Shown here one piece after another: positions 18,175-24,853 of a DNA stretch of 45,749 nt (its first letter is position 1; each line of letters starts with the position of its first letter). The translations under genes and the position numbers were made by a program. The DNA comes from Candidatus Woesearchaeota archaeon (GTDB taxonomy: Archaea > Nanobdellota > Nanobdellia > Pacearchaeales > GW2011-AR1). Where the stretch lies: contig CAYSCL010000003.1 in NCBI GenBank assembly GCA_964429545.1, positions 1 to 45,749 of the forward strand. Direction: 5' to 3'. The notes beneath the pieces were generated by a model. It was not told the origin of the DNA and ran no database searches. It worked only from the letters and a program-made list of their open reading frames with translations.

Positions 18175-18468
18175 ATGAAAGAATGGAAGCTTGAAGATTT
18201 GAATGAAGAGTATAATTTAGATTTTGATAAAATTGTAAATTTGATTCAGGAAGAGAAAGCTAAAAGGGTTTTATTGCAATTTCCTGATGGTTTGAAACAG
18301 TATTCTAAAGCTATTGTTGATTATTTGAAAGAAAAAACTTCTGCTGAATTTATTATCTATTTGGGAACTTGTTTTGGTGCTTGCGATACTCCATTGGGAA
18401 TGGAAGACAAGGTTGATTTGATGATTCAGCTTGGACATAATTCTCTTATGCCTAATTATTTGAACTGA
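18175..18468 (+). pseudogene. dph2: Truncated dph2 (diphthamide synthesis radical-SAM enzyme), N-terminal ~97 aa only
   Basis: AKRVLLQFPDGLKQYSKAIVDYLKE...YLGTCFGACDTP...DLMIQLGHNS aligns with the N-terminus of archaeal Dph2 as I recall it. A stop follows at aa 97, and a minus-strand gene begins 32 nt later. No continuation appears in any + frame. Confidence 0.65.
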
Positions 18469-18499
18469 AATATTTTTTATTTTAACGGAGGGTTTTTTA

Positions 18500-18970
18500 T
18501 TAGGAATGTTCTGGTTTTTTGAATTTTATTTTTCTTTTTTCTAAAGATTTTTTGAAATTAATTCTATCAAACAAAAATTCCCCTATAAAAGCAAAAGGTA
18601 TTGCTATTAGTGTGGCAGTTAAAATAATATTAGAAGTTATTTGATCCCCTATTGAAAAATGAAAAGCTATTATATCTTCAACAACCCCCAAAATAATTCC
18701 AAAAATTAAAAATTCTGAAAAAATTTCTATTTTTCTATATTTCTTTTTTAATTTGAATATTTTTAAAAAATCTATTTTATCTATAACATATTCTCCTAAA
18801 AATGCAAAGGGTAAAGTTATTAAAAAAATTATTAAAAAAATATATGGGGTTATTGTTTGATTACTGACAATTTTTATTAAAATTATATCTTCCAATATTC
18901 CAAAGATTATCCCTCCAATTAAAAATTCTAAAAAAACGAAAACTCTTTTATTCATTGTTTTTTCAAACAT
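18500..18970 (-). CDS. Internally duplicated 4-TM membrane protein (two ~70-aa halves)
   Basis: The halves FLEFLIGGIIFGILEDIILI...ITLPFAFLGEYVIDKIDF and FSEFLIFGIILGVVEDIIAF...IAIPFAFIGEFLFDRINF are clearly homologous. Confidence 0.6.
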   Translation of the reverse strand: MFEKTMNKRVFVFLEFLIGGIIFGILEDIILIKIVSNQTITPYIFLIIFLITLPFAFLGEYVIDKIDFLKIFKLKKKYRKIEIFSEFLIFGIILGVVEDIIAFHFSIGDQITSNIILTATLIAIPFAFIGEFLFDRINFKKSLEKRKIKFKKPEHS

Positions 18971-19008
18971 ACTTGATTGACAAAATTAGTTTTGTAATAA
19001 TTTATGCA

Positions 19009-19037
19009 AATATATTCGTCTTTGTCGTTAAATAGTT
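19009..19037 (+). promoter_or_regulatory. Conserved upstream block (copy B)
   Basis: aatatattcgtctttg-N4-ttaaatagtt lies about 47 nt before the ATG at 19056. Same block as 6781..6809. Confidence 0.45.
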
Positions 19038-19055
19038 CTTTTGATTTTTTATTTT

Positions 19056-19139
19056 ATGAAAAAGTGTAAAAAATGTGGGAAAGAACTTTGTAAAAAATGT
19101 GGGGGCGGATGTAAATGTGCTCCTTGTAAATGTAAATAG
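19056..19139 (+). CDS. Cys-rich micro-protein (27 aa, 8 Cys), metallothionein-/zinc-knuckle-like
   Basis: ATG..TAG reads MKKCKKCGKELCKKCGGGCKCAPCKCK. It is below the ORF-track cutoff and is paralogous to the next ORF. Confidence 0.5.
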   Translation: MKKCKKCGKELCKKCGGGCKCAPCKCK

Positions 19140-19148
19140 TTAATAAAA

Positions 19149-19322
19149 ATGGATGAAGATAAAAAAACAAATAAGCCGGAAGGCTATTGTGTAGAATGTG
19201 GCCACATATTATGTCCTAATTGTGGAAAATGTTGCCATTGTGGATCATGTAATTGTAATCATTGCCATCCTAAAGAAGAAAGTGATGAAACTGAAGAAGA
19301 AATACCCGTTAATTATGCTTGA
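19149..19322 (+). CDS. Cys/His-rich micro-protein (57 aa, 10 Cys, 4 His) with acidic tail
   Basis: MDEDKKTNKPEGYCVECGHILCPNCGKCCHCGSCNCNHCHPKEESDETEEEIPVNYA. It shares C-x2-C-G-x3-C-x2-C-G-x2-C-x-C-x2-C-x-C with the 27-aa ORF. Confidence 0.55.
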   Translation: MDEDKKTNKPEGYCVECGHILCPNCGKCCHCGSCNCNHCHPKEESDETEEEIPVNYA

Positions 19323-19327
19323 TATTT

Positions 19328-20032
19328 TCACAACCAACCATTAAGTAAAGCTACTCCTACCAAGAATAATAAAATTCCTGCGATTAAGTGTAATTTCTTT
19401 ATGTTTCTTTCTTTCCAACCTGAAACTTCATCTACTTTGCTAAATCCAAAATAGACCAAGAGAACTATTGCAAGCATTGGTATTATAAACAATAAATTAT
19501 AATATGCTAACCATGGAAGTGCCCCCAATATTCCTAATTCAGCTAATAAACCTGAAGCTATAATGTATGGTCCCATTGTACAAGGCAGTAAGAAAAGTGT
19601 AACAACAAAACCAATTATGAATGCTCCACTTGGTGAAGTTATTTTTTTTATTATTTTTTTTACTTTTGGTCTCATAAATAAAGGCATTTCTGTTGCGAAG
19701 GATCCTTTTTTGTAATTAAAATAATCTTTTATATTTAATCCTCCTAAAACCATCGCCAATATTGCTAGTCCTTTGTAAACATAAATTGAATTTTCTCTTA
19801 AGAAATTAGCAAATATTTTGAAGAATTGAATAATAATTGTGCCATATACTAAATATCCAATATATATTGAAGAAATAAAGGCTAATCCTGCAAAAAGAAC
19901 ATTCTTTTTTTTCTTAGGATTTTCAATTAAAATAGAAACCAAAACCATTGTTAGAACTGCTATTGCGCAAGGGTTTACTGAATCTGCTAGAGCCAAAGCA
20001 GTTATTCTCCCAAAACTCAAAATGTCTGCCAT
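19328..20032 (-). CDS. ccdA: CcdA/DsbD-family transmembrane thiol-disulfide electron transporter
   Basis: A 6-TM profile with the two hallmark membrane-embedded Cys motifs, DSVNPCAIAVL and LLPCTMGPY. Confidence 0.7.
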   Translation of the reverse strand: MADILSFGRITALALADSVNPCAIAVLTMVLVSILIENPKKKKNVLFAGLAFISSIYIGYLVYGTIIIQFFKIFANFLRENSIYVYKGLAILAMVLGGLNIKDYFNYKKGSFATEMPLFMRPKVKKIIKKITSPSGAFIIGFVVTLFLLPCTMGPYIIASGLLAELGILGALPWLAYYNLLFIIPMLAIVLLVYFGFSKVDEVSGWKERNIKKLHLIAGILLFLVGVALLNGWL

Positions 20033-20033
20033 T

Positions 20034-20375
20034 TTAACAATTAGTTAACTCCTTTAATTTATTTATTGATTTGACTCCAGTGTATTGTTTTTCTTTTATT
20101 ATCCACGTTGGAGTTGCTAAAATTCCTTCACATTTTTCAGTTTCATAAAAACAATCCACCATTTCTATATATTTTATGTTTTCTCCAAACAACTCTTCTT
20201 GTGTTTTACAGTGGGAACAACCTAATTGAGTGTAAAGTGTTGCTTGTTCTCCAATGCATTGAACTATTTCTTCATCTGTTTCTGGAGAAGGTTTTGTTAA
20301 TGAAAAAAATGAAATTAAAATTATTCCTAAAATAATTATAGACATTACAATTCTGTTTTTTGTCACCGCTTTCAT
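20034..20375 (-). CDS. Membrane-anchored extracytoplasmic thioredoxin-like protein (CxxC)
   Basis: N-terminal TM anchor. YTQLGCSHCKTQEELFG...TPTWII resembles the Trx-like domain fused to bacterial VKOR (WCPHC..QKELFG...YPTW). It lies 1 nt from ccdA. Confidence 0.7.
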   Translation of the reverse strand: MKAVTKNRIVMSIIILGIILISFFSLTKPSPETDEEIVQCIGEQATLYTQLGCSHCKTQEELFGENIKYIEMVDCFYETEKCEGILATPTWIIKEKQYTGVKSINKLKELTNC

Positions 20376-20382
20376 TTTAATT

Positions 20383-20661
20383 TTAATCTTTGTTTATTTT
20401 TATAGATTTCCCATTTACAATTGCATTTGAAACTTTTTTTATTGCAGATGTTAATATTCTGGATAAAGTTGGTTGTGAAACTTCCATTTTTTTAGCTGCT
20501 TCATTTTGAGGTAAATTTTTTGTATAAATTAATCTCAGTGCTTCAAATTCTGGCATTTCTAATTCAATTTCTTCTAAATCAGATGCAGGAATTCCTGCTG
20601 GCTTAAAATGATTTGTATTTGGTTTTCCCCTTACTCTTCTGTTTTTACATGGCCTTGGCAT
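20383..20661 (-). CDS. DUF134 (UPF0251) putative DNA-binding protein
   Basis: MPRPCKNRRVRGKPNTNHFKPAGIP...EALRLIYTKNLPQNEAAKKMEVSQPTLSRIL is the family N-terminal signature plus a sigma-70-region-4-like HTH. Confidence 0.85.
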   Translation of the reverse strand: MPRPCKNRRVRGKPNTNHFKPAGIPASDLEEIELEMPEFEALRLIYTKNLPQNEAAKKMEVSQPTLSRILTSAIKKVSNAIVNGKSIKINKD

Positions 20662-20696
20662 AAAATAATAAAAATAAAAATAATTTATAAATGTTT

Positions 20697-20710
20697 TGAA
20701 TGTGTATTCA
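20697..20710. promoter_or_regulatory. Palindrome TGAAT-N4-ATTCA, copy 1 (candidate operator)
   Basis: tgaatgtgtattca sits just upstream of the TATA-like tttataaa (20684..20691) of the DUF134 gene. Confidence 0.4.
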
Positions 20711-20711
20711 T

Positions 20712-20870
20712 TTAATCACAATTTCTTCTTCTACAGCCCCGCTTACCAAAGCCTCTTCCTTGGCCTCTTCCTCTTGGAAGTTCTTGTGGTTCTTTTCCTT
20801 CACAGTTCCCCATTTGTCTTCCTGTTTTTGGGCCGTTTCCGTTTGGTCCTGTTCCGTCTTTATTTGGCAT
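20712..20870 (-). CDS. DUF5320-family small protein (52 aa)
   Basis: The internal Met gives MPNKDGTGPNGNGPKTGRQMGNCEG...RGRGQGRGFGKRG, matching the MPxxDGTGPxGxGPxTGR signature. The listed 97-aa ORF adds an implausible AT-rich N-extension. Confidence 0.7.
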   Translation of the reverse strand: MPNKDGTGPNGNGPKTGRQMGNCEGKEPQELPRGRGQGRGFGKRGCRRRNCD

Positions 20871-20895
20871 TTTTTGTTTTTCTCCTAATTTAATT

Positions 20896-20911
20896 ATGAA
20901 TAAGTATTCAT
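20896..20911. promoter_or_regulatory. Palindrome ATGAAT-N4-ATTCAT, copy 2
   Basis: atgaataagtattcat lies between a TATA-like element (about 20917..20924) and the DUF5320 start. Confidence 0.4.
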
Positions 20912-20928
20912 TATACTTTATAAATGTT

Positions 20929-20944
20929 ATGAATTTGTATTCAT
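20929..20944. promoter_or_regulatory. Palindrome ATGAAT-N4-ATTCAT, copy 3
   Basis: atgaatttgtattcat. The context tataaatgtt(a/t)tgaat(t/g)tgtattcat is repeated at 20687..20711. Confidence 0.4.
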
Positions 20945-21119
20945 AATTATTTAATTCATTTTGTTCGTAATTGATAATTAAATTATCTGTTCTGCTGTAG
21001 AGCATTGAGAATTGGAGAGTTGTGAAAGGGAGTTAATAAAAAACTAACAATAATTATTTATTTCATTAAGAATATAAAAATAAAAATAAAAAATAAGAAG
21101 TAAAAATTTAATGACTTTA

Positions 21120-21443
21120 TTAGTAATCAGGTAGTTCTTCTTTTGAAGGTGCTTCGGCTTTTTGTTCTTCTGCTTGCGCATCAGCCATTGCTGCTTCATC
21201 TAGAGTTTTTTGATCTTCTGGGAGTGCTTCTTTCATGTCTTCATCGTTGACAGAATTAATCATTTCCTTGAATTTTTGCCAATCTTTAGCTAAAATTCTT
21301 ACACCTGATTTTGTAAATCCTGTGTATCTATCAGAAGTCACAAATTCTCTAATTGTGAATCCCCGTTTATCTGCAAAGTCATCGATTCTAAGTACGATTT
21401 CTGTTGTATCGTTTTTTGGTAGTTTTCCGATGTCTTTTTCCAT
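21120..21443 (-). CDS. PC4/YdbC-like single-stranded DNA-binding protein with acidic C-terminal tail
   Basis: GFTIREFVTSDRYTGFTKSGVRILAKDWQKFKEMINSVND aligns with the PC4 core (IDIREYW....KPGRKGISL..EQW..L...I..ID). The tail ends EELPDY. Confidence 0.55.
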   Translation of the reverse strand: MEKDIGKLPKNDTTEIVLRIDDFADKRGFTIREFVTSDRYTGFTKSGVRILAKDWQKFKEMINSVNDEDMKEALPEDQKTLDEAAMADAQAEEQKAEAPSKEELPDY

Positions 21444-21517
21444 GTTGGTTAGAATTAGTTTAGTTATTTAAAGGTTTTGTAGGTTTATGGATAGAAATGA
21501 ATTTTAAGATGGATAAA

Positions 21518-22633
21518 TTAATTCTCGTAATTATATAGCACAGTAATATTATAATGGCTATCTCTTACGCTTGCATGAGGAACCAACACATTTCCTCTTT
21601 GTATTTCAATTTCAGTCTCAAAATTCTTCATTTTTTCTTCTTCAAAAATCTCGTTATATTGTCTTCTTTCAATTAATTTGTCAAAATCATCCAATGATTC
21701 CAATAAAAGCAAATCCATATTATACTCTGAATTGAAAATAATTTTTATATTGACAGGATAATTATACTCAAAACCTGCAGGATATAATTCATAAGGAATA
21801 AAATAATCTTCATTTAATTGATCATTTATTTTCAATTCCAAATTCCCAAAAACTGCAACAGTATAACAAATAATTCCTTCAATATTTTCTTTACATGATA
21901 CCCCAACACCAACACTTTCCCATAAAATTGGTTTATCTGGATCAAGCACTGTTGAACGATGACCTGGACTTGAAATCCAACCTTCTACAACATCAGACAC
22001 AAATTCTTCCTCGCTATAAAAATAATTTTGTGATAAAACCTCAGAAGCAGAAAAATAAAAAATTTCTTTTTCTTCAAATCTTCTACTTAAATCATAGCCT
22101 TCTTCAGGGGTATGTGCAAATAAATCGGTTTCTTTAATGTTTTCCGCATAATCTTGTGCAATTCCATCTAAAAATTCATTTCTTTTTACTTTTTCTATCC
22201 AATTTTCTTTTCTTTTCGTATTTATTAAATCAAAAATCTCATTCCGAATATTTTTTTCATTAATATTGGCTAAATCTAATTGTGAAGAAATAATGTCTTC
22301 TTCACTGAAAGTAAAAGTTAAATAATAAGAATCATAATCTGCTTCATACATATCATAATTAATCGAATAATTTTTCCCTTCATTATCTATGCCTACAAAT
22401 ATTAATTTTCCTGGACCTAATTTTTTTTCAGCAATTTTTATTAATCCATTATCTGTAGAACCCATAAAAATATCATTAAAATATATGTCCCCCTCTACTA
22501 AAAATTCATCATTCAAATAAAATTCAAGTTCATATTTTACGGGAATTAAAGTTATTATTAATCCTATAAATAGTAACCCCACAAAAATCATGCCTGCATA
22601 CATAAAAATTTTTTCAAATTTCTTCTTCATCAA
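21518..22633 (-). CDS. Membrane-anchored CAP/SCP/PR-1-like domain protein
   Basis: N-terminal TM helix. The CAP signature is GWISSPGHRSTVLDP...WESVGVGVSC. Confidence 0.7.
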   Translation of the reverse strand: MMKKKFEKIFMYAGMIFVGLLFIGLIITLIPVKYELEFYLNDEFLVEGDIYFNDIFMGSTDNGLIKIAEKKLGPGKLIFVGIDNEGKNYSINYDMYEADYDSYYLTFTFSEEDIISSQLDLANINEKNIRNEIFDLINTKRKENWIEKVKRNEFLDGIAQDYAENIKETDLFAHTPEEGYDLSRRFEEKEIFYFSASEVLSQNYFYSEEEFVSDVVEGWISSPGHRSTVLDPDKPILWESVGVGVSCKENIEGIICYTVAVFGNLELKINDQLNEDYFIPYELYPAGFEYNYPVNIKIIFNSEYNMDLLLLESLDDFDKLIERRQYNEIFEEEKMKNFETEIEIQRGNVLVPHASVRDSHYNITVLYNYEN

Positions 22634-22660
22634 ATAATATACATATTTTATTATTTAAAT

Positions 22661-24385
22661 CTACTTCTTCCCTTTCAAAAACTGGTTTAAGAATTTAAAA
22701 TATTCCTTGTTTTCTTTGTTGGCCATTTTTTCTACTATCAGTTCTGGTGTGGAGTGGGCGAGTTTTCCTAGAACTGGATTGTGGTTTACTATTAGTTCGA
22801 AGCTTTCTGTTAGTCCTGTTGCTTCTATTCCGTCTATTCTTGTTTTTTCTGGAAGTATTTTTTGTATTTCGTGTCCTAAATGTGTTGCGATTATTAGATA
22901 GCAGTTTTGTTTTATGTAGTAGTCTGTTGTTGCGGCTATTATGTTTCCGGCAACACCTGGTTCTGTTACTGCTTCTATTTCGTCTGCAAGAATTAATGTT
23001 TTATTTCCTGGTTTTATTTTTGACATTTGTGTTAGAAGTGTTTCGAATGCTCCTTTCAAGTTTGAACCTTTATTTTTTGCAAAATAATATATTTCTTCAA
23101 ATAATGGAAATTTGTTTTTTCCTGATTGTGGAAGACCTAATTGTGTTATAGTTATTAGTTGCAAAACATGTTCGATTAGTGTTGTTTTTCCACCGGAGTT
23201 CGCCCCTGTTAAAATTGATGCTTGTATATTTTCTGAAAGATTGAATGAAATTGGCTGAGGGTTTTCTAAGAAAACATTATTTGATTTTTGTATTGCTAGT
23301 TCGTGATTTATTTCTGGGAAGTGCATTTCTTTGTTTATGAATTTAGAAATTCCAGCTAAGAAGTCGAAGTATAGAATTAAATCGTTTAGGTCTTTTAGTT
23401 TTTCAGGAATTTTTTTTAATTTATCTGAGTTATCTTTTATTGTTTCTGCAAGTTCTGAAAATTCGTTTGCATTTTGATGTTGGATTAGTTTTTGAAGTTC
23501 TTCTTCGTCTAGTTTTAGTGGAATTCCAATTTCTAAAACTTGCCTTGGAATTTTTAATTCTTCAATTGTTTCTTCAATTGTTTTTTTTAATTCTTCTGGC
23601 AAGTCTCCTTTTGAAAGTATTTGGATTAGAGAATTTCCTGAAAGAGTTAGTTGTTTTATTTTTTCTTCAATTTTTTGATTTGCAGTTATTATTTTTGATT
23701 CTATTTCATCTGGATCAATTGAATTTGATTCTCCATCTTTTGTTAAATAAATTAAGGGCATTAATTCTTCTGTCAGTTCTTTTAGAGTTTTAATAGTTGG
23801 ATTTTGTTTTATTATTTCTAAATTGTTTGTGTGACCTGAAAATTCTTCTAGAAATCTTTCTAAATAAATTTCTTCAATATTTTTATAAAATACTGCTTGG
23901 GGCAAGGACTCTAAAGCTATTTGGAATTCTGGACAGTTAATTACTTGAACCACATCTTTTTCTTCCAATAGAACTGTGTCTTGTTCTGAGATTAACATTT
24001 GAACTGGACAATTCATCTTTTTTAATTTGTTATATGTTTCTGCGTCTTCTGTTACAACGCTCACATCATATCGCGGTTTCCACCAAGAACGGGGAGGAGC
24101 AAGGGATTCTAGGAAATTGTTTTCTAATTGAATGTTTTGTAAATTTGAGAAAAATAATTGCCTCTTTTTTATTTCTGTTACATCATTTGTAAATTTGAAG
24201 AAATTAAATATGTTTGAAGTTTCAGAAAAAATAAAATTTTCAGATATTTTTTGTAAAGTTCTGTTGTGGATTCTTTTTGCATCAGTTGTTTTGTAAATGG
24301 ATTTTAATGGCGAAAGGGAAGTTTTTGTTCGATTGAATGGTGAGAGGTTGTTTTCTCGGATAAATGAGAGTATTTCGGATTTCAT
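22661..24385 (-). CDS. MutS-family domain-V ATPase (MutS2-like, no recognisable mismatch-binding or Smr domain)
   Basis: Walker A LTGANSGGKTTLIEHV, Walker B LILADEIEAVTEPGVAG, and a long coiled-coil-like N-region. Confidence 0.75.
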   Translation of the reverse strand: MKSEILSFIRENNLSPFNRTKTSLSPLKSIYKTTDAKRIHNRTLQKISENFIFSETSNIFNFFKFTNDVTEIKKRQLFFSNLQNIQLENNFLESLAPPRSWWKPRYDVSVVTEDAETYNKLKKMNCPVQMLISEQDTVLLEEKDVVQVINCPEFQIALESLPQAVFYKNIEEIYLERFLEEFSGHTNNLEIIKQNPTIKTLKELTEELMPLIYLTKDGESNSIDPDEIESKIITANQKIEEKIKQLTLSGNSLIQILSKGDLPEELKKTIEETIEELKIPRQVLEIGIPLKLDEEELQKLIQHQNANEFSELAETIKDNSDKLKKIPEKLKDLNDLILYFDFLAGISKFINKEMHFPEINHELAIQKSNNVFLENPQPISFNLSENIQASILTGANSGGKTTLIEHVLQLITITQLGLPQSGKNKFPLFEEIYYFAKNKGSNLKGAFETLLTQMSKIKPGNKTLILADEIEAVTEPGVAGNIIAATTDYYIKQNCYLIIATHLGHEIQKILPEKTRIDGIEATGLTESFELIVNHNPVLGKLAHSTPELIVEKMANKENKEYFKFLNQFLKGKK

Positions 24386-24583
24386 AGGGGTTTAGAAATA
24401 TTGATTGATTTATTAATTTGATGTTATTACTTGGTGGGAAAGGGGGATTTTGTTAAAAAATTAGATTAAGGATTTATGGTAAAATTTAATATAATTAATA
24501 TATTCCTTGGTATGGTCTTTATGGCAATACCAGGCAGTTTTTATTTTCTTTAATTAAATCATTCATGTAAATATAGCTATTTT

Positions 24584-24739
24584 TTATCCGTTCCTTTTCA
24601 AAACTGATAGAATAATCATAATTATTCCTATCGCTATTAATGAGAAAAATATTTTATCATTTGTTAATCCAAAAATCACACCTATTGCTGTCAAACCAAT
24701 TCCTAAAGGAAACAAAACTTGTTTGATTTCTTTATTCAT
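24584..24739 (-). CDS. Possible 51-aa two-TM micro-protein
   Basis: ATG..TAA reads MNKEIKQVLFPLGIGLTAIGVIFGLTNDKIFFSLIAIGIIMIILSVLKRNG. It is below the track cutoff and has no other support. Confidence 0.3.
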   Translation of the reverse strand: MNKEIKQVLFPLGIGLTAIGVIFGLTNDKIFFSLIAIGIIMIILSVLKRNG

Positions 24740-24779
24740 AGTTAATATGATAAATCTTTTTTATATAAATGTTTGTAAA

Positions 24780-24836
24780 GGATAAAATCCAATAACTTCA
24801 ACCAAATTCGAACCCTTCGCATTATTTATAAAATAT
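24780..24836 (+). promoter_or_regulatory. Conserved ~55-nt upstream block with TATA box (copy A)
   Basis: ggataaa..aataacttcaa..att.gaac.cttcgcattatttata. The 16-mer cttcgcattatttata and the 11-mer aataacttcaa are identical to 26465..26519. Confidence 0.45.
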
Positions 24837-24853
24837 ATTTTCTTGTTTTGTTT

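Noticed and set aside
20696-20893. + strand ORFs 20696..20893 and 20700..20888.
   Set aside because: They are antisense to the DUF5320 gene, and their products are hydrophobic and low-complexity.
20871-21005. The N-terminal 45-aa extension of the DUF5320 ORF as listed in the track.
   Set aside because: The extension is Asn/Tyr/Ile-rich, overlaps the palindrome/TATA region, and precedes the family-typical MPxxDGTGP start. The internal ATG at 20870 is preferred.
24476-24553. A 25-aa hydrophobic ORF (MVKFNIINIFLGMVFMAIPGSFYFL) overlaps a hairpin plus T-run.
   Set aside because: It is too short and has only a weak SD-like aagga. The same DNA is equally well explained as a terminator hairpin (ccttggtat...ataccagg) for the neighbouring small minus-strand ORF.
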